From contig CBDAFS010000022.1 of the NCBI GenBank assembly GCA_965195285.1, forward strand, positions 1-38,774: a stretch of DNA of 38,774 nucleotides, written 5' to 3'. Every line of letters begins with the position of its first letter. Within the stretch, counting starts at the first letter, position 1. Of the stretch, positions 36,385 to 38,774 are shown one piece after another. Below the pieces are notes generated by a model, which ran no database searches, had not been told where the DNA came from, and saw nothing but the letters and a program-made list of their open reading frames with translations. The translations under genes were made by a program, and so were the position numbers. The DNA comes from an uncultured Aminicenantes bacterium (lineage in GTDB: Bacteria > Acidobacteriota > Aminicenantia > UBA2199).

Positions 36385-38328
36385 ATGCTGCAGATAAAAA
36401 ATTTATCTTACGAAATCGGAGGGAAAGCGCTTTTTTCCGGGGTGAATATCAATATCAATCCAGGGAAGAAAATGGCCCTGATCGGACCTAACGGCGCCGG
36501 CAAAACCACCCTCATGAGAATCGTAACTGGAGAGCTTGACGATTACCAGGGCAGTCTGTTAATGCCCAAGCAATACCGCATCGGCTACCTCCCCCAGGAG
36601 GAGGTCTTCATTTCGGGGACCACGGTTTTGGAAACTGTCATGAAAGGAGTCAAGGAAATTCAAACTATTCAGGAGCAGCTATCGATTATTCACCACAAAT
36701 GGACCCAAAATGGCGGGGACAGTGCCGAGATTCTGGATGAAGCGGAACAGCTGGAACAAAAGTTTCAATCCCTGGAGGGCTATACCCTGGAAAACCGGTC
36801 GGAAAAGATTTTATCGGGGCTTGGATTTTCCAGAAAGGACATGAAGAAGAAACTCTCCGAATTCAGCGGCGGCTGGAAGATGAGGGTGTACCTGGCCCGG
36901 ATACTGATACAGAATCCCGATCTGCTGCTGCTGGATGAGCCTACCAACCACCTGGACCTGCTCTCCCTGGAATGGTTTGAAAAGTTCCTGCGGTTTTACC
37001 GGGGATCTGTTTTGCTGGTCTCCCACGACCGGTTTTTTATCAACCGGGTGGTGGAGGGAATCTATGAACTGGAAAATTCAAAGCTCAGATTTTATTCGGG
37101 GAACTATTATTTATATGAAGCCGAAAAAGAAAAAAATGAAGACCTGTCGCTGAAAAAATGGAAAGAATATATAAAGGAAAAGGAAAAGCTTGAAAAATTC
37201 GTCGATCGTTTCAGGTACAAAGCCAGCAAGGCCTCCCAGGCCCAGGAACGGTTAAAACAGCTAAACAAGCTTGAAAAAGTCGACCCCGCTATTTCCCGGA
37301 AATACCTGGATTTCAAAATCGGGATTGAAAAGAAGAGCTTCAATGATGTTCTGGAAATACATGACCTATGCTTCAAGTATGATCGGGACTGGGTATTCAA
37401 TCATCTCAATCTGAAAGTCTTCAGGGATGAAAAGATCGCATTGATCGGAAAGAATGGTTCGGGAAAGACTACCCTCACCAAACTCATGACCGGCCGGCTG
37501 GAAGCCCAGAAAGGAATCATCAAACTGGGTGAGAATGTGGCTCTGGATTATTATGCTCAGCATCAGATCGATAGCCTGGATTTCAATTCAACTGTTTTCG
37601 ATGAGGTCGGATCGGCAGCATCCAGCAAACGCTTTCCAGAAATACGGAATATACTGGGGATATTCGGATTCAGTGGTGAGGATGTGCACAAGCACATCCG
37701 AGTACTTTCCGGCGGGGAAAAGGCCCGCATCTCTCTGGCCAAAATACTCATTTCATCGGCAAACTTTCTGATCATGGATGAGCCCCTGAACCATCTGGAC
37801 AAACTGGCCAAACAAGCCCTTGAAAAGGCACTGGCTGATTATGAAGGAACCCTGATACTGATTTCCCATGACCGTTATTTTCTGGATAAGATCGTCAATC
37901 GGGTGATTGATATCAGGGACGGAAATCTGAAAACCTATCATGGCAATTATTCCTACTACCTGGAGAAAAAGGAAAGTACTGAAGACAACCGGGAGAACCG
38001 TACCGAGAACAGCCCTGCTGAAATGAGCCGAGGGGAGAGGAAAAAGTTCGAAGCGGAACAGAGACAGCGGATCAGTACGGAAAGAAACCGGCTGTTTCTC
38101 CTGATTGAGGAAACCGAAAAAGAAATCGATGGACTGGAAAAGAAAAAAGCAGAAATCGAAGGGGTCATGTCCGATCCCCGGACTTATGAAGACAAAAAAC
38201 TGGTTGTCCGGCTACAGAAAAACCTGGCTGAAATAAACAAAGAACTCCCCCTTCTGTACAATGAATGGGAAAAAGCAGAAAGATCCTTAAAAAAACTTCT
38301 GGACCGGGTTAAAACCAAAACCAAATAG
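36385..38328 (+). CDS. ABC-F family ribosome-associated ATPase
   Basis: Two ABC domains (GPNGAGKT/FSGGW/DEPTNHLD and GKNGSGKT/LSGGE/DEPLNHLD), no TM domain, C-terminal coiled coil. Confidence 0.93.
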   Translation: MLQIKNLSYEIGGKALFSGVNININPGKKMALIGPNGAGKTTLMRIVTGELDDYQGSLLMPKQYRIGYLPQEEVFISGTTVLETVMKGVKEIQTIQEQLSIIHHKWTQNGGDSAEILDEAEQLEQKFQSLEGYTLENRSEKILSGLGFSRKDMKKKLSEFSGGWKMRVYLARILIQNPDLLLLDEPTNHLDLLSLEWFEKFLRFYRGSVLLVSHDRFFINRVVEGIYELENSKLRFYSGNYYLYEAEKEKNEDLSLKKWKEYIKEKEKLEKFVDRFRYKASKASQAQERLKQLNKLEKVDPAISRKYLDFKIGIEKKSFNDVLEIHDLCFKYDRDWVFNHLNLKVFRDEKIALIGKNGSGKTTLTKLMTGRLEAQKGIIKLGENVALDYYAQHQIDSLDFNSTVFDEVGSAASSKRFPEIRNILGIFGFSGEDVHKHIRVLSGGEKARISLAKILISSANFLIMDEPLNHLDKLAKQALEKALADYEGTLILISHDRYFLDKIVNRVIDIRDGNLKTYHGNYSYYLEKKESTEDNRENRTENSPAEMSRGERKKFEAEQRQRISTERNRLFLLIEETEKEIDGLEKKKAEIEGVMSDPRTYEDKKLVVRLQKNLAEINKELPLLYNEWEKAERSLKKLLDRVKTKTK

Positions 38329-38360
38329 ATAGCTGGGTTACAATTTAATAAATTTTCTCC

Positions 38361-38774
38361 TTATTGTCTTTCCATGGACCAGGTGCCGGTAGTTCCCCCA
38401 CTGTACGATTCCCAGGTTCCGGTCATGTTGTTATAATCGTTAATAGTACCCCAGAAATGGCAATCATAAGGGCCCCAGTTCAGGTCGAAGGTAATCTGGT
38501 CACCGGTAATACTGTAAGTCCCCTCTCCATTTATCGCCCCACTAAACTCACCAAAAGTAGTTCCGGAATAATAACCACCGGTAAAGGTAACCGCCACGGG
38601 GCCATCACTACTCCCATAAATATACGTACCGGCCCAGTCACCATTGGGGTCGAAAATCATCTCAGCCGTCACATTCAGGGTGTGATTCGTATTCATGGCA
38701 ATGATGCCATTATTGCCCACGGCAACCCCATCCAGCTTGACCTCCAGGTTTTCATAACCGGACTGAAGCGAATA
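38361..38774 (-). CDS. 3' part of a beta-rich, probably exported hypothetical protein; its 5' end lies beyond the window
   Basis: Frame is open to the window edge (YSLQSGYENLEVKLDG...); Gly/Thr/Tyr-rich with GTW motifs. Confidence 0.7.
   Translation of the reverse strand, partial: YSLQSGYENLEVKLDGVAVGNNGIIAMNTNHTLNVTAEMIFDPNGDWAGTYIYGSSDGPVAVTFTGGYYSGTTFGEFSGAINGEGTYSITGDQITFDLNWGPYDCHFWGTINDYNNMTGTWESYSGGTTGTWSMERQ

Noticed and set aside
1-38774. CRISPR array, rRNA, tRNA, integrase or transposase
   Set aside because: No regularly spaced repeats, RNA-gene signatures or recombinase motifs seen; the AddAB nuclease domains are Cas4-like in fold only

Overview
Bacterial chromosomal window, probably from a Gram-negative anaerobe; the gene mix weakly suggests Aminicenantes/Acidobacteriota (inference only). 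The left end (1-~5000) is a visibly AT-rich defence islet. It holds a single-chain Type IIG/ISP-C-terminal-like restriction-methyltransferase carrying an in-frame GTAG-REP-like hairpin, abutted with no gap by a 189-aa protein with a HEPN-type RxxxxH motif. Converging on these is an AbiEi antitoxin whose AbiEii toxin survives only as a 41-codon stub, broken at about the HEPN stop codon. Upstream of abiEi is a candidate promoter/two-hairpin/terminator small RNA. The rest is host backbone: two membrane-anchored sulfatase-fold proteins with Thr at the nucleophile position, a GT-C glycosyltransferase, an ECF sigma/zinc anti-sigma operon, a metallophosphoesterase, LiaF-like protein, rpiB, a DEDDy exonuclease, PilZ protein, addAB, M28 peptidase, DUF2007, lipoprotein-fabH, solitary dnaK, long-form hutU, hflKC, VKOR, copZA, an ABC-F ATPase and a partial gene at the right edge. 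Two window-wide patterns stand out: several promoters placed to give leaderless mRNAs, and strong CCGG enrichment. No CRISPR array, rRNA, tRNA, integrase or transposase was seen. All family calls come from motifs recognised by eye, not from database searches.
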